A model generated the notes under the pieces. It was not told where the DNA came from and did no database searches. It saw only the letters and a program-made list of their open reading frames with translations. The position numbers and the translations under genes were made by a program. A stretch of DNA of 64,000 nt from Eledone cirrhosa (Eukaryota): NCBI GenBank assembly GCA_964016885.1, contig OZ024742.1, positions 140,368,001 to 140,432,000 on the forward strand, read 5' to 3'. Below, in pieces: positions 26,941 to 39,794 of this stretch (its first letter is position 1; each line of letters begins with the position of its first letter).

Positions 26941-27593
26941 AAAAGACTCCACTTTGCATTACAAAGAAAAATAAACTTGACAAAAATTCTTAGATAAATA
27001 TAGACTCTTCAAAACAAATAATAATGTGTCATAGAACCAGAGGTTGTTTTAGATGGTTCAGTATCAAAAGAGTTAAAAAATTAAAATGTGAACTAATGAT
27101 TGTTAAGCTAATTGTTTGATTAATATATCTGTGCTTGCCAATGTTTGTCCCTTAATAGAGCTTTTAATTCCATGGTGTTTAACTATAGTTTATTTCATTA
27201 TGATGTTGAAACTGGGAATTCTAAACTGAGAGGCTAGGGATGGAAGAATCTGTTGAAACAAGTTAACATTAAACATTTATAGAGACCTGATATTTAGTTT
27301 CAACTTGCAGCATTTGAGACATGTTTGGAGGCACTGAACCACTTATAATGAAGTTTTTGTCATTATTAGTGACTTTCCTGACTGAAGTATCAAATGTTTC
27401 ACCTGTGGCAATGCTATTAGTGTTTTAGCTTGCCTCAGTTTTTTTTTTAGAAGGCAACATCAGCATTCCCTGATGTAGCATATAATGTTGTATGCATGTT
27501 TTTTTCTTCTTCGTTCTGACTTTTTATTGATTGGTTTCCTTTGTAAAAAATCATAAACATTATATAAATTATTCATAGAACAGTTGTTTTTGT

Positions 27594-27624
<31 letters not shown>

Positions 27625-28436
27625 GGGGTAACTGGTAGTTTCTGGTATGAGATATTTTCTCATTAGTCCAATTATAAATATTCAAAGCTACTCTACAATT
27701 AACATTCAAAAGCTAATTTCATTCTCTGTATGGTTTCTTTTACAATGCACCTACTTTCTTCTTTCTTTCCCTTATCTCTCATGTATTTTTTGTTGTGGTT
27801 TGATGTTGATGTTTTTACCTTGCTCTAGTGATTTCATTTTCAATATCTCAAGGTGTCTTAATTCTTTATTCATATTCATGCATTACTTTATCTCTATCTC
27901 TTTCATTTTGCTTTGTCTTGTTCTTTTCCTCTGCCTCTCATATACAGTCCAGTGATTGCTATGATATTTTTATAAACACTATTTAACATGAATCGTTAAT
28001 ATGTAAATTTGTCTTTTATTTTTTTTTTCATCCTTATCCAAGCCTAGCTACTCCTGAACAACAGGTGGTTTGACTAACATTATTTCCTGATTTTATACCT
28101 CATTAGGCTAATAACAATAATTTATAATATAGCAGCAAACAGCAACAAACGTTTTAGGGCAATTTTCTTTGCTATACTCATCATGGCTTTTTTTTTTATG
28201 GCAATGTTTGACAGCCGTATGTCCTTCCTGGTGCCTAGCCATTTAGTTGCCTCTGATAACACACAGGATATGATGTTCCTGTTCTAAACTGGATACACAC
28301 AGAATAATAATTGTTTCTACTTTTGGCACAATGCCAGCAATTACTGGTGCTTTATTTTATCGACCCCCGTTAGGATGAAAGGCAAAGTTAACCTTGAATA
28401 GTAATAATTAAATTTTGATAATTAATAATAATAATT

Positions 28437-28590
28437 GGATCAGCATGAAATATTCGGAAAGTCCTTGACACAAAATAAGGACAGATATGTACATTGTGGA
28501 AGGACCTTAGGAGAAGGGACAAGAATGTTTCGCATCCTAGACTTTGGGTTGTGGTCTGATAGAAAACATAATTATACCAGTCACAACATC
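28437..28590 (+). mobile_element. R4/Dong-like extreme 3' end
   Basis: GSA..IRKVLDT resembles the ends of the 35-39 kb elements; preceded by (AAT)n; related reverse copy at 48230-48352. Confidence 0.45.
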
Positions 28591-28808
28591 AACATATTAT
28601 AAATATTTTTTTTTCATTCAGCATTTCATAGTTGTTCGGCTGGTGTGGGGATTTCTAGATAATTAGATGCACCTCACAGTCTCAGTTATCTTGAACCTTT
28701 ATTTTGGTTCTTGCTGTGCCAAGCAAAAAGCTTTGTATAGAATCAGGAAACTCAACTCCATAGCCAACCATTTCAACCATCCAAAACTAATTAATAGTTA
28801 ATATTATA

Positions 28809-29003
28809 AGGCGGTGGAATGGCAGTATCGGTAGAGGATCGGACGCCATGCTTTGAAGCATAGAGTTACCTCCCTTTATGATCTGAGTTCAAATCCCGCC
28901 GAGGTTAACTTTGCCTTTCATCCTTACGGGGTCGATAAAATAAAGTACCAGTAATGCACTGGATGATTGCTGGCCTTGTGCCAAAAAAGTAGAAACAAAT
29001 ATT
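28809..29003 (+). mobile_element. SINE family 2, full length
   Basis: GGCGGTGGAATGGCAGTATCGG..GAGTTCAAATCCCGCC..GTAGAAACAAATATT. Confidence 0.85.
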
Positions 29004-29442
29004 ATCAGAACGGGTGTCCTTTTCCCAGATAATCTGGTAGAAGATCAATAATGAAAATGATGATGATGATGATGAATCAAGCATGGATAACATTTTAAAA
29101 TGTTCTTTTGTTTGTTACCTTTTTGACACCAGTCCACCTGAAACTAACTCTGGTTCTATTGTTTTAAAATGTTAATGTTTAAATTTAAACCTTCCTTTAT
29201 AATTTTTTTGTAAGAACCTTTATGCTCTGTTCTGAACACCAGCTTGATAATGAGAAAGTTAAGTATGTTAGTAAGTCCCTCCCAAAGTTTTCATTGATTA
29301 AGAATTAATTGAAAATCATGAGCATGAATTTCACTTGAAATATAACAAAAGGGTTTATCAATAAGGGAAACATTCACGTTCTTTTTGACTCAACCAAATA
29401 ATGGGTTTTTTTCCTGCCAAATAATTTCCCTTAAGGATATAA

Positions 29443-29660
29443 TATAATTGTTTCTACTTTTGGCACAAGGCCAGCAATTACCCAGTACATTACTGGTACT
29501 TTATTTTATCGACCCCGTAAGGATGAAAGGCAAAGTTAACCTCGATGGGATTTGAACTCAGACCGTAATAGGACGTAACTATGCTAGAAAGCATGACGTA
29601 GGATATAATATAATTGTTTCTACTTTTGGCACAAGGCCAGCAATTATCCCAGTGTAATAT
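29443..29660 (-). mobile_element. Two SINE family 2 copies, one inserted at the tail of the other
   Basis: Direct repeat AGGATATAATATAAT before each AATTGTTTCTAC terminus. Confidence 0.8.
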
Positions 29661-30729
29661 TGGCAAGATAGATATTTTTTTTTAATTTCAAGCTGAAGAA
29701 AAAATTTTCTCATTGGTTTTTTACAAAGTAAGTAAATGATGAATATAGCAATTACTGCTTGATACTGTAATTATTGTACTTATCTGTTATTGGTGGTGGT
29801 GGCAGTACTGGTGGCAGCATTGATGATCATGGTGGCAGCAGTGGTGGTAGTTGTCATGGTGGTGGTCATGGTGGTAGGTATGATGGTGTGGCTGTGGTGG
29901 TGGTGATAAACTGTTGATTTATATATTTTATTATCCTCATTGCACACATTAATTGTTAGTTATTTTCTTCACAAATGACATAAAAGTTTAGTAAGTAATT
30001 GTTAGTAATGTTGATAGTAAAATGAAATCAAAGACATTTTAAATGTGATAATTATTTTGAAAATGTCAACACATTAAATAGTATCTAATTGCTGATTTAT
30101 ATATTAAATGTGCACCCTTTGGCTTCTGCCATGCCACATCTCCAGTATCATTATAGCAAAATTGTCCCTCAACTATATTTAAACATCTGTACAATATCAA
30201 TTAAATTTATGACAATATTATTAATTCCTACTTACATTTTTTTATCTATTTAGTATTACCATTTAGTCATGGAGGGGGTGGCAGTGCCCATGTGCCTTAT
30301 CAGGGCCTTGAAGACTGATGGGAGGGAGGGAGGTATCCTCAAATCAGATTCCTGACCAGAACACTTGCAACAGATTGAACTCTGTTAAAGGCAACCAAGA
30401 GTTATATTAACCCTTTCATTGTCATATTTCTAACAAAAAATACAGCCTATGATTTTGAAAATAATCAAGAATTTGGAGGGGTTTCTTATTATTAAGTTGG
30501 TATTAAGAACTTAACAAAGGGTTTTACATGAAATTGTGATGGAAGGTTTTTTAGATGAATATAAACACTTTAAAATTAAGTATTATATTGTAGCACCAGC
30601 AGCAGTTTCAGGCAGTTTAGCTTCAAAACAATTAAACCAGGCTATATTTTTACAAAGCTTCATTTATACAAATTAAAATATAACAAAATAATTGACAGCT
30701 AACAAAATGCAACTTCAGCTTCAATCTTC

Positions 30730-31490
30730 TTGTTAACTCTCATCAGTGAGGTTCTCAACAAGCTGGCCAAACCTGACGTGGCCCCAGAGCTTGAGCAGGC
30801 TCTGGCCGACTTGACAGGCAAAGGCCTCTCTATCCCCACAGCCAAACAGTGGTGCATGGCTCAATTCGATGCCCTCCTCATTAACCGGTACTGTTCTTGA
30901 TGATGAATACATTCACATTGGAATGGCCCAATGCCTCAGCCTCCGCATGTGTGAGCCACATAAATGATGTTGTGTGGCGGTCGTTGACAAGTTTGTCCGG
31001 AACCCACTGTCTTGCTGCTAGAGCGCAGGCCAGTTCCCCCAACATGCCACTCTAAATAATATATTGAGAAGGAGCCTGGATGCAGCTGGCTTCCCATCAC
31101 AACTGGAGCCAGCAGGCCTAGACTACAGACACAGCTCTGACAGAATTACCCACTTTGCCCTCGAAGGAGGTAGATTCCTCATCTGGGATGTCACATGTTC
31201 AGACACATTCTCTGCCTCCAACTTTGTCGCTTCAACCACAAACCCGGTACTGTGGCCTGCAATGCAGAGGAAAGGAAGACAAACAAATACCGGGGATTGT
31301 CTGACTGCTTCCTCTTTGCACCGGTTGCCATCAAGACCACAGGCATACTCAGACCCCATAATGCCGAACTCCTCCACAAGATCAGAATGTCAGCAGCCCA
31401 TCTGAGGAAGGAGCCCTGCAAGGTGGAGTGGCTGTTTCAATGGGTGTTGTAGGCCATTGTCTGCGAAAATGTTTTTACGGTCTTGTCCCT
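30730..31490 (+). mobile_element. CRE-clade-like REL LINE 3' fragment, decayed
   Basis: Knuckle remnant PLSC..SAGQFPQHATLNNILRRSL, then LEPAGLD..LIWDVTCSDTF..AEERKTNKY..FAPVAIKTTG. Confidence 0.75.
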
Positions 31491-32959
31491 GGGACGCAAC
31501 CCCAACACCACCACGCCCTTGGCCCAAAGCCCATCATAACAACAACCAGCCTGCACCAATTACTGGTATGAGGCAAGGAACATCATCCGACTGCAGCCAT
31601 CATATTACATGTTTTCTATATCTCTCTATATGTGTATATGTATGTGTTTGTTGTTGTATGTTTTTGTCTCTACATACTACAAGCAAGACGCGGTCACCCC
31701 AACTTGCCACAAATGGGACAAACCCGTCTAACCCATGCTAGCATGGAAGATAGACGTTAAATGATGATGATAATGATGATATGTCTTCACATTAACACTG
31801 TTTGCACATTTGGTGACATTTGTTTATGTCCTTTATTAACAATATGTCCTGTATGTAGCTCAGCAGTTTGATATTTCAAAACCAAGTACCTCACTAATAG
31901 AAAAAAAAATAAATAAAAAGAAGTATGGTTCAGCATCAGGCAGAGCATCTGGTCATAAAACACTGCATCAAAATGTCTTGCTCCACCCATGCCAGCATGG
32001 AAAAGTAGAAATAATAACAATGGTGATGGTGATGACAAATATAAAAGTACTTAAGTGTAATATTTACTGTGCTAAAACTGTTATAGCTCATATTTTATAA
32101 ATAATATCAACTATGTTAATGGTAAATCTATTTCATACCAAACTGCCTAAAACCACACATGGTTTTTGGATACGAAAGTGTGTGTACTTTAAAGTGTTTT
32201 TATTTATCTAAAATCTTTCCATCATAATTTTATCTAAGAACTTTGGATATATTTCAAATATCAGATATATAATGAGAAAGTTAGTTACATTAGTAAATCC
32301 TTCTAGATTCTTGACGATTTTCAAAGGGATTTTAAAATCATATGGCAATGTCTTTCACTAGAAATATGGAAACAAAGGGTGAATCAATGCTGTCAGCCAT
32401 GGTTTCCTCAAAGGGAAAGACCTCTAAAGAGATAATTTATTTTCGTTTGATTGGTGGAAAAGACATTTTTTTTAATAATAATTTTAATTTACATGCGTAA
32501 TAACAATGGCTCTTTCTGAGGCTATATATCATAAAAAAATAAAAGTGAATGAAATAAAATGCTTTTATAAAGAAAGTAGACTCAATGTCTTATTCTTTAG
32601 TATGTTTATATATACTATTGATTTCAGTATTGGCAAACAATGAAATTTCTCACAGGTTAAAACGTGGGAGTGTAGTCAGTATATGAACTAGAGGAAAGTT
32701 AGTCATACATTATAATCTATCTTGTCTTGTCTTGATGGTAGCAGTATTCAATCAGGCAAGTATATTTTACTTTTTTTTATAGATACAAGAAGCATTTTAA
32801 GGTCATAAGCTTCTCCATTTCACCCTATTGTCTATATCCTCTTAATCAAACTCAGGTTTTCATTTCCTCCTCCATTATCTTTAACCACAGTGTTATTTTT
32901 AAAATGTTTGACGAATAAATTTTTGTGTTTATTTTTATGATAGGACAACAGTTCCTATC

Positions 32960-33600
32960 ATTAACTTTATTGGTGCTTACCAACCCACCTAAAACAGCCT
33001 ATAGTTTTATAACACAGCTTCAAATTGTAGTGTTCATATTTAAATTAAAACTTTCTATCATAATTTTATGTAAGAATCTTTTGTTAAGATATATTCTTAA
33101 CACTACTTTAACGCTTCTGATACCAACCCAAATAAAACACCCTATATTTTTATAATAGAAAACCTCAAATTATAAAGTGTTTATATTTAAATCAAAATTT
33201 GCCATCATGATTTTAATTAAGAACCTTTTGTTAAGCTATATTCTTAGCACCTTTTGATACCAACCTGTCTGAGATTGTCTTTCATTGTCTAATACAAAAC
33301 TGGCCATTTCAAAGATTTTATAAAATAACTTTTTGTTACATTCTAAACACTGGCTTAATAATGGAGAAGTTAGTTATTTTACTAAACTCCTCAATATTTT
33401 CGATTACTTTTAAAATTAATTGAAACACCTAGATTGTGTATTTCATTAGAAATATGGTAAAAAAAGGGTTAATAATGAAAAGGTCAGTTACTTTACTAAA
33501 TCCTTCCAAATTCTTGCTTGCTTTCAAAATTCATTGTAACACTGTATTTCATTTGAGCTATGCTTACAAAAGAAATAAAAACCTAAGAAACCTCATTTTA
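32960..33600. mobile_element. Nested piggyBac-type MITEs
   Basis: Host copy split at its internal TTAA; insert spans TTAA 33108-33111 to TTAA 33469-33472. Confidence 0.6.
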
Positions 33601-34789
33601 AACCAGCTAAACCTATGTAGGCGGCGAATTGGTAGAGTCATTAGAACATCGGATATAATGCTTTATGGTATTCGTTCTGGCTCTCTGCTCTCTGAGTTCA
33701 AAACCTGCCATATGATTCTATTAGGAGTTATGGGTGCTCTGAATTTAAATTCCCACCGAGGTCAACTTTGCCTTTCATCTTTTCAAGGATGATAAAAGAA
33801 AGTACCAATCCAGTGTAGTGGATTAGTGGAATTGATAGTGTACCAGACAAAATGCCTTGTGTTCTGAGTTCAAATCTTGCTGTGACTTACTTAGGTGGTA
33901 GACTTAAACCATCACTCGGTTTAACACCACAACCTGACCCTTGGGGGCCTTTGGCAGAGTCTACTCTGTTGCAAGCGTGCAGATATGATCTTCAATATGA
34001 AGTACCTTCCTCTTTCCTTCTCACCAGTTCCAGAATCCTTAAATAGGGTCATGGACACTGCCCTTCCCCACTGATTAAACAGTAAAAAAAAAATTGATTT
34101 GTAAAATGATGTCTGAAAACTGAAATGTTCAAGTCTTGATTATTGAAAAGAAACTGGTTAGCTATGTAGTCTATACCAGCTGGCACACTTTTAGCCATTT
34201 CTGTTATTGTAAATCATCATCATCATCATTCAACTACTGTAACAGATGGCCACAATCATCCATCACCCATTGTGGCTTTTATAATCAATTGTGGTCTTGG
34301 TATCAGGTGATTAGTCCTGACCATTGTTGGGATTAGAATCCCTAGATGGAATTTGGACTCATAAGTGCATGAACTGGTACCATAAAACATTTCACCGGAT
34401 GCTCTAATAATTCTGCCAATCAACCATCACGCTTGATATTTTATTTTCTCAACCCTGAAAGGATATAAAACAAAGTTGACCTTGGTGGGATTTGAACCCA
34501 AAATGTAATTACACAATAACTTAATACTAAAAAACATTTTGACTGACACTGTGACTATTCTGCCAATCCACTGCACCCAATAATGATTTCTAATTAAGGC
34601 CCAAGGCCAGCAATTTTGGGGGAAGGAAAAGTTGATTATATCAACCCCAGTGCTTGACCGGTACTTTATTTTATTGACTTCAGAAGGATGAAAGGCCAAG
34701 TTGACCTCAGTGGGATTTGAACTCAGAACATAGTCAGAACAAATACTGCTAAGCATTTGTCTGACACTAACACATCTGCCATTCTCCCT

Positions 34790-35243
34790 CCTGCTACGCC
34801 TATAAGGACCCAGAACACTGGGGACAATGCAAAGACAAAACACAGAGTAGGGTTTACATTGACTAAAGGAAAAGGGACATCACTGAAGTGAAAACAGTAG
34901 GTCTAACAATAATAGAAATCTTAAAATATTAATGACAACAATTGAACTCTATAATGACTGTCAACCAGAACCAGTTCCCCAATAGGGTGAGGGACTGAAC
35001 TTTAGGGTAATTCCAGGGAGAACCCCATACAAAACTCAGGCTTACTCTGGCATGTCACAGACATCAAAAATGCCCTCTCCCAGTTTCCTTTCACCTGCTT
35101 AGAAAAGCATAGACAGAGAAGGCCAATTCAGCCTCATCAACCTTGCCATTCCCACCCATCTTTCATAAAACACATCAGACGGTAATGCCTCCCTCTCAAC
35201 ACTCACCCTTCTCTTCAAGTGAAACTTGAATAAGTTGACAATA
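34790..35243 (-). mobile_element. L1/Tx1-clade LINE 3' fragment
   Basis: VNLFKFHLKRRVSVEREAL..RWVGMARL homologous to 14940-15080. Confidence 0.75.
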
Positions 35244-35264
35244 TCAATAATAATAATAATAATA

Positions 35265-37467
35265 ACAATGTATAAAATTTTAACATCAGTCCTAACTGAA
35301 TATACATATGACCACCTGATAACAAATGATCTATTTCCCAATGAGCAGAAAGGGTGTAAACGAGGCTCATATGGCTGTAAGGATCAGCTTTTGGTTAACA
35401 AAATGATACTGGAACATTGTCATAATAGACACAAAAATCTATCAATTGCTTGGATAGATTATAAAAAAGCATTCGATAGTTTGCCACACAGTTGGATTGA
35501 AAAATGTTTAGAGATTTTCAAAATATCTCCCGTTGTCAGGAGGTTCCTGTCATTCAGTATGAAGACATGGAAAACGACACTCCTTTTGAATAATGAAAAA
35601 AAATCACTAGAAGCTGGAGAAGTTAATATTAATTGTAGAATTTTTCAGGGTGACTCTTTATCACCGCTTTTATTCTGCATCGCACTTATACCATTAAGTA
35701 AAATGCTCAATGAAACAAAACATGGATATAAAGTCTATGACAAAACCATTAATCACTTGTTCTACATGGATGACCTGAAACTATTTGCAAAAAATGATGA
35801 ACAATTGCAAGGGCTATTATCCACTGTGGAGCAGTTCAGTGATGACATTAAAATGGAGTTTGGACTAGATAAATGCGCCAAAGCAACGTTCACCAGAGGA
35901 AAGCTGCTGAAAAGTTCAGACATTAATCTTGATCGGGGGAATGTGATAAAAGAACTTGATCAAGAGGAAACTTACAAATATCTAGGTGTTTGTGAAGGAG
36001 ACGGAATCAAGCACTCGACAATGAGGTAAAGGATAAGGAAGGAATGTTACTGCAGAGTAAGAACAATCTTAAGAACGGAATTGAATGCAAGGAATAGGAT
36101 CGATGCCATAAACACGCTTGCCATACCAGTAGTAACCTACAGTTACAATGTCATCAACTGGTCAAGCACAGAGATCCGTAGGCTCGATACAAAAATTCGA
36201 AAATTCTTAACCATGCACAGAATGCATCACCCTAAGGCAGATACAGATAGAATATATCTCCCTAGGAAAGGAGGAGGACATGGGTTAATCCAGTTAGATA
36301 TTGCGTTGAAAAATGCAACAATTGGATTATCTACATATCTAAGGGAATCACATGATTGGATGATCAAACTCGTTTTGAAACACAAAAGCATCAAAAGATC
36401 ATACTCCATTACAAAAGATGCACAAAGATACAGTAATGGACTACAAATTTCAGAAGTCCCATTTACTGCTGAAATGGAAAACACAGAAAAAGCAAAGCAG
36501 GTAAAAGTAACTGCAAAGAAAGAACTGCTACAGAAACTGGCTAAGAAATGGCAAGAAAAGCCTCTGTATGGAAAATACCCAGAAAGAGCTAACAATCCTG
36601 ATATTGACAAAACTTTAACCCATCAGTGGTTGGCATCCTCTGGACTGAAATCGGAGACTGAAGGACTGATTATATCAGCACAAGATCAGTGTCTGCCAAC
36701 AAAAAATTACCAAGCCAACATAATAAAAAAATGGATGCAACCCATTATGCCGTGTATGTAAAAAACAATCAGAGACCATTGATCATATAATTTCAATGTG
36801 CAGTCCTATAGTTCCAACCGAATACCTAAACAGGCATGACAGAGCTGCATAATACATACATTGGATAATGTGTAAGCATTTTGACCTGCCCCATCAAAAG
36901 AATTGGTGGGAGCATCAACCACCTCCCATACTTGAAAAAGATCACATCTCAATCTTGTGGAACTTTAGATGCAAATAGACCTGATATAATACTGAAGGAC
37001 TTTAAAAAGAGGGTATGCCTGCTAATTGATATGTCCGTTCCAATAGACAAGAATGTATCTATAAAAACATTTGAAAAATTGAGCAAGTTTAAGGACCTGG
37101 AGATAGAAATTGGAAAAATGTGGAAATTGAGAACTAAAACAATACCAGTGGTTGTAGGCACTCTAGGAATGATACCTAAGGGGTCTAATGATTACTTATC
37201 GCAAATCCCAGGAAACCCGCGTATAGGAGAAATACAAAAGATAGTACTAATGGGAACTACCCATATACTAAGGAAGATTCTGTCAATATAAGTACATCAC
37301 AAGTCTAAATACCTAAAGATACATGTGTGTGTGTGTGTGTGTGTATGTTCTTTCTTGAACATGGCGAACCTTGTTGTCTCTTGAGGCCACTGGTTGTGAC
37401 TTCGTGATAACTCGTATGAACATAAAGCAAGATAAATGCAACTATAATAATAATAATAATAATAATA
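35265..37467 (+). mobile_element. R4/Dong-clade LINE #1, 5'-truncated (RT + CCHC + REL)
   Basis: EQKGC, WIDYKKAFDS, IFQGDSLSPLLF, HLFYMDDLKL, YKYLG, AQDQ, CRVC..ETIDHIISMC, RPDI..LIDM..K; a few stops/frameshifts; (TAA)n on both sides. Confidence 0.92.
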
Positions 37468-38140
37468 ACTGTGCAGGATCTGTGGAGAGAGAGAGGAGAC
37501 TGTGGCTCACATTGTATCCGAGTGTAAAGACCTAGCCCAGACTCACTATAAGGGCTGGAGACATGATGTGATGGGCAGGGTGATCCACTAGCACCTATGC
37601 AAAGTAAACAATTCACCACATTCTGAGAAGTGGTATGAGCATAAGCCAGAGTCGGTGATAGAAAACGATCAGGTGAAGGTGCTGTGGGATTTTAGGATAC
37701 AGACGGACAAAAAACTGGAACACAATAGACCTGACCTGGTGGTTTTGGACAAGAAAAAAAGATCGTGCCTGATTGTGGATGTGGCTTGCCCATTCGACAC
37801 GATAGTGCAAGAGAAGGAGAGGGAGAAATTTAACCGATACCAGGACTTAAAGTGGGAGTTAAAAAGGATTTGGAACTGCCATGAAGTCAAAGTGGTCCCG
37901 ATTGTCATAGGCGCACTAGGTACTATCTCAAGGAGTTTCCAGGGATGGTTAAAGAAAATTGGCCCCGCCACGCTTTTTGGAACGCTTCAAAAGGCATGCT
38001 TGCTGGGAACAGCAAGAACCCTCCGATACGTCCTGAATATCTGAGGTTGCAGGTAGTGGCTTGATATTCATTTCAACAAACTTTCCAGTTAACTAACATC
38101 AGTGACTGAGACTCAAAGAACAATAATAATAATAATAATA
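37468..38140 (+). mobile_element. R4/Dong-clade LINE #2, 3' end (CCHC + REL)
   Basis: LCRICG..ETVAHIVSEC..RHD; WDFRIQTD..NRPDLVV..IVDVACP..YQDL..VPIVIGALG; (TAA)n flanks. Confidence 0.9.
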
Positions 38141-38371
38141 TTGATGATAATGATTTCTAGTATAAGCACAAGGCCAGTAATTTGGGGAGAGGGGAAGTCG
38201 ATTAGATCGACCCCAGTGCATTACTGGTACTTTATTTTATTGACCCCACAAGGATGAAAGGCAAAGCTAACCTCGGCAGGATTTGAACATAGAAAGTAAA
38301 GAGCCATAAACCTTATGCTGCAAAACATATTGTCTGATGCTCTACTGATACTACCAATCCACTCCCCTTAT

Positions 38372-38562
38372 AATAATTGTTTCTACTTTAGGCACAAGGC
38401 CAGCAATTACCCAGTGCATTACTGGTACTTTATTTTATCAACCCCATAAGGATGAAAGGCAAAGTCAACCTCGGCGGGATTTGAACTCAGATCGTAAAGG
38501 GACGTAACTATGCTGGAAAGCATGGCGTCCGACCCTCCACCGATACTGCCAATCCACCGCCC
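38372..38562 (-). mobile_element. Young SINE family 2 copy with 14-bp TSD, in tandem with an older copy at 38148-38368
   Basis: CCCTTATAATAATT on both sides. Confidence 0.9.
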
Positions 38563-38586
38563 TTATAATAATTATAATAATAATAT

Positions 38587-39440
38587 ACAAAAGGAAGTAA
38601 AATAAATGACAAAGAAAAAAGGACATGAAGAATTAGCATCGAGGTGGAAACAGAAACTTCTGTATGGCAAATATGTGGTCTGTAGCAAACAAGCTGTTGT
38701 TGACCAAAAACACATCCACCAGTAGCTACATAGCTCAGGTGCTCAAGATCAAAGCTTATTAACACAGGACTATCAAGCCAATGTGATGAAAAATGGAGTG
38801 GATCCAACGTGCCAATTCTGTAATGATGAGATTGAAACAGTGGGCAACTTAATCTCAGGATGTAAAATTTTAGCAACAGCAGAGTATAAATCAAGGCATG
38901 ACAGAGTTAGCCAATATCAACACTGATTAATATGTCAGCAAACTGCTGACAAGTGGTATAAGCATCACCCTGAGGCTGTAACTGAGGGATAGAATGTAAC
39001 AATTCTTTAGGACTTTCCTGTACATACAGACAGAATCATCAATGCTAATAGACCAGATATTGTAAAAGACCAAAACAACAAAGTATGTTTATTGATTGAT
39101 ATGAGCATCCTATGTGTTCACAATACTGCAGCAAAAGAATTTGATAAGTTCAGAAAATATAAAGATTTGCTCATTGAAATTGAAAAAAAAAGAGGCATCT
39201 CATGATGGTTACAATACCAGTGATTGTAGGAGCATTAGGAATGATCAAAAAAGGAACAGAAAATTATTTGAGAATTATCCTTGTTTAACCATCACTACAA
39301 GAAGTGTAAAATGTTGTTTTAACTGGTACATATATTGAGAAGAGCACTATCTCTGTGAGAATGATAATCTTCTATGTAATTTTTTCACATAACTTTATCT
39401 GATTATATTCCATAATTATGTGAGTTGTAAATAAACATCC
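38587..39440 (+). mobile_element. R4/Dong-clade LINE #3, decayed 3' part (missed by ORF track)
   Basis: Manual translation: WKQKLLYGKY..AQDQSL..CQFC..ETVGNLISGC..RHDRV..NRPDIV..LIDMS..KYKDL..IPVIVGALG, with many stops. Confidence 0.85.
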
Positions 39441-39445
39441 TCATA

Positions 39446-39794
39446 TGTCAATGTGCGTGAACGACCAAGCATAGACAAGTTGAGAAAGAAACTGGGTATA
39501 AGAGGGATAAGTTGTGGTGTGCAGGAGAGAAGGCTGAGATGGTATGGACATGTGATGTGCATGGAGGATGACTACTGGGTGAAGAAGTGCCAGGAAGTCT
39601 CAGTGGAGGGAAGACACAATAGAGGTAGACCACGAAAAACATGGGCGGAGGTGGTGAGAACAGACCTCGGGTCACTGAAATTCACCGAGGAGATGACGAA
39701 GGACCGTGACAAGTGGAGACATGCTGTGCTGAATAGGACCCGTCTAACCCTTGCAAGCAGGGAAAAGCGGACGTAAAATGATGATGATGATGAT
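39446..39794 (+). mobile_element. RTE-clade LINE 3' end
   Basis: ERRLRWYGHV..RGRPRKTW..LASREKRT* followed by (GAT)n tail. Confidence 0.9.

Noticed and set aside
35265-38140. R4/Dong as the mobiliser of SINE family 2
   Set aside because: Dong sense-strand flanks are (TAA)n whereas the SINE tail is (ATT)n, and I see no shared 3' sequence
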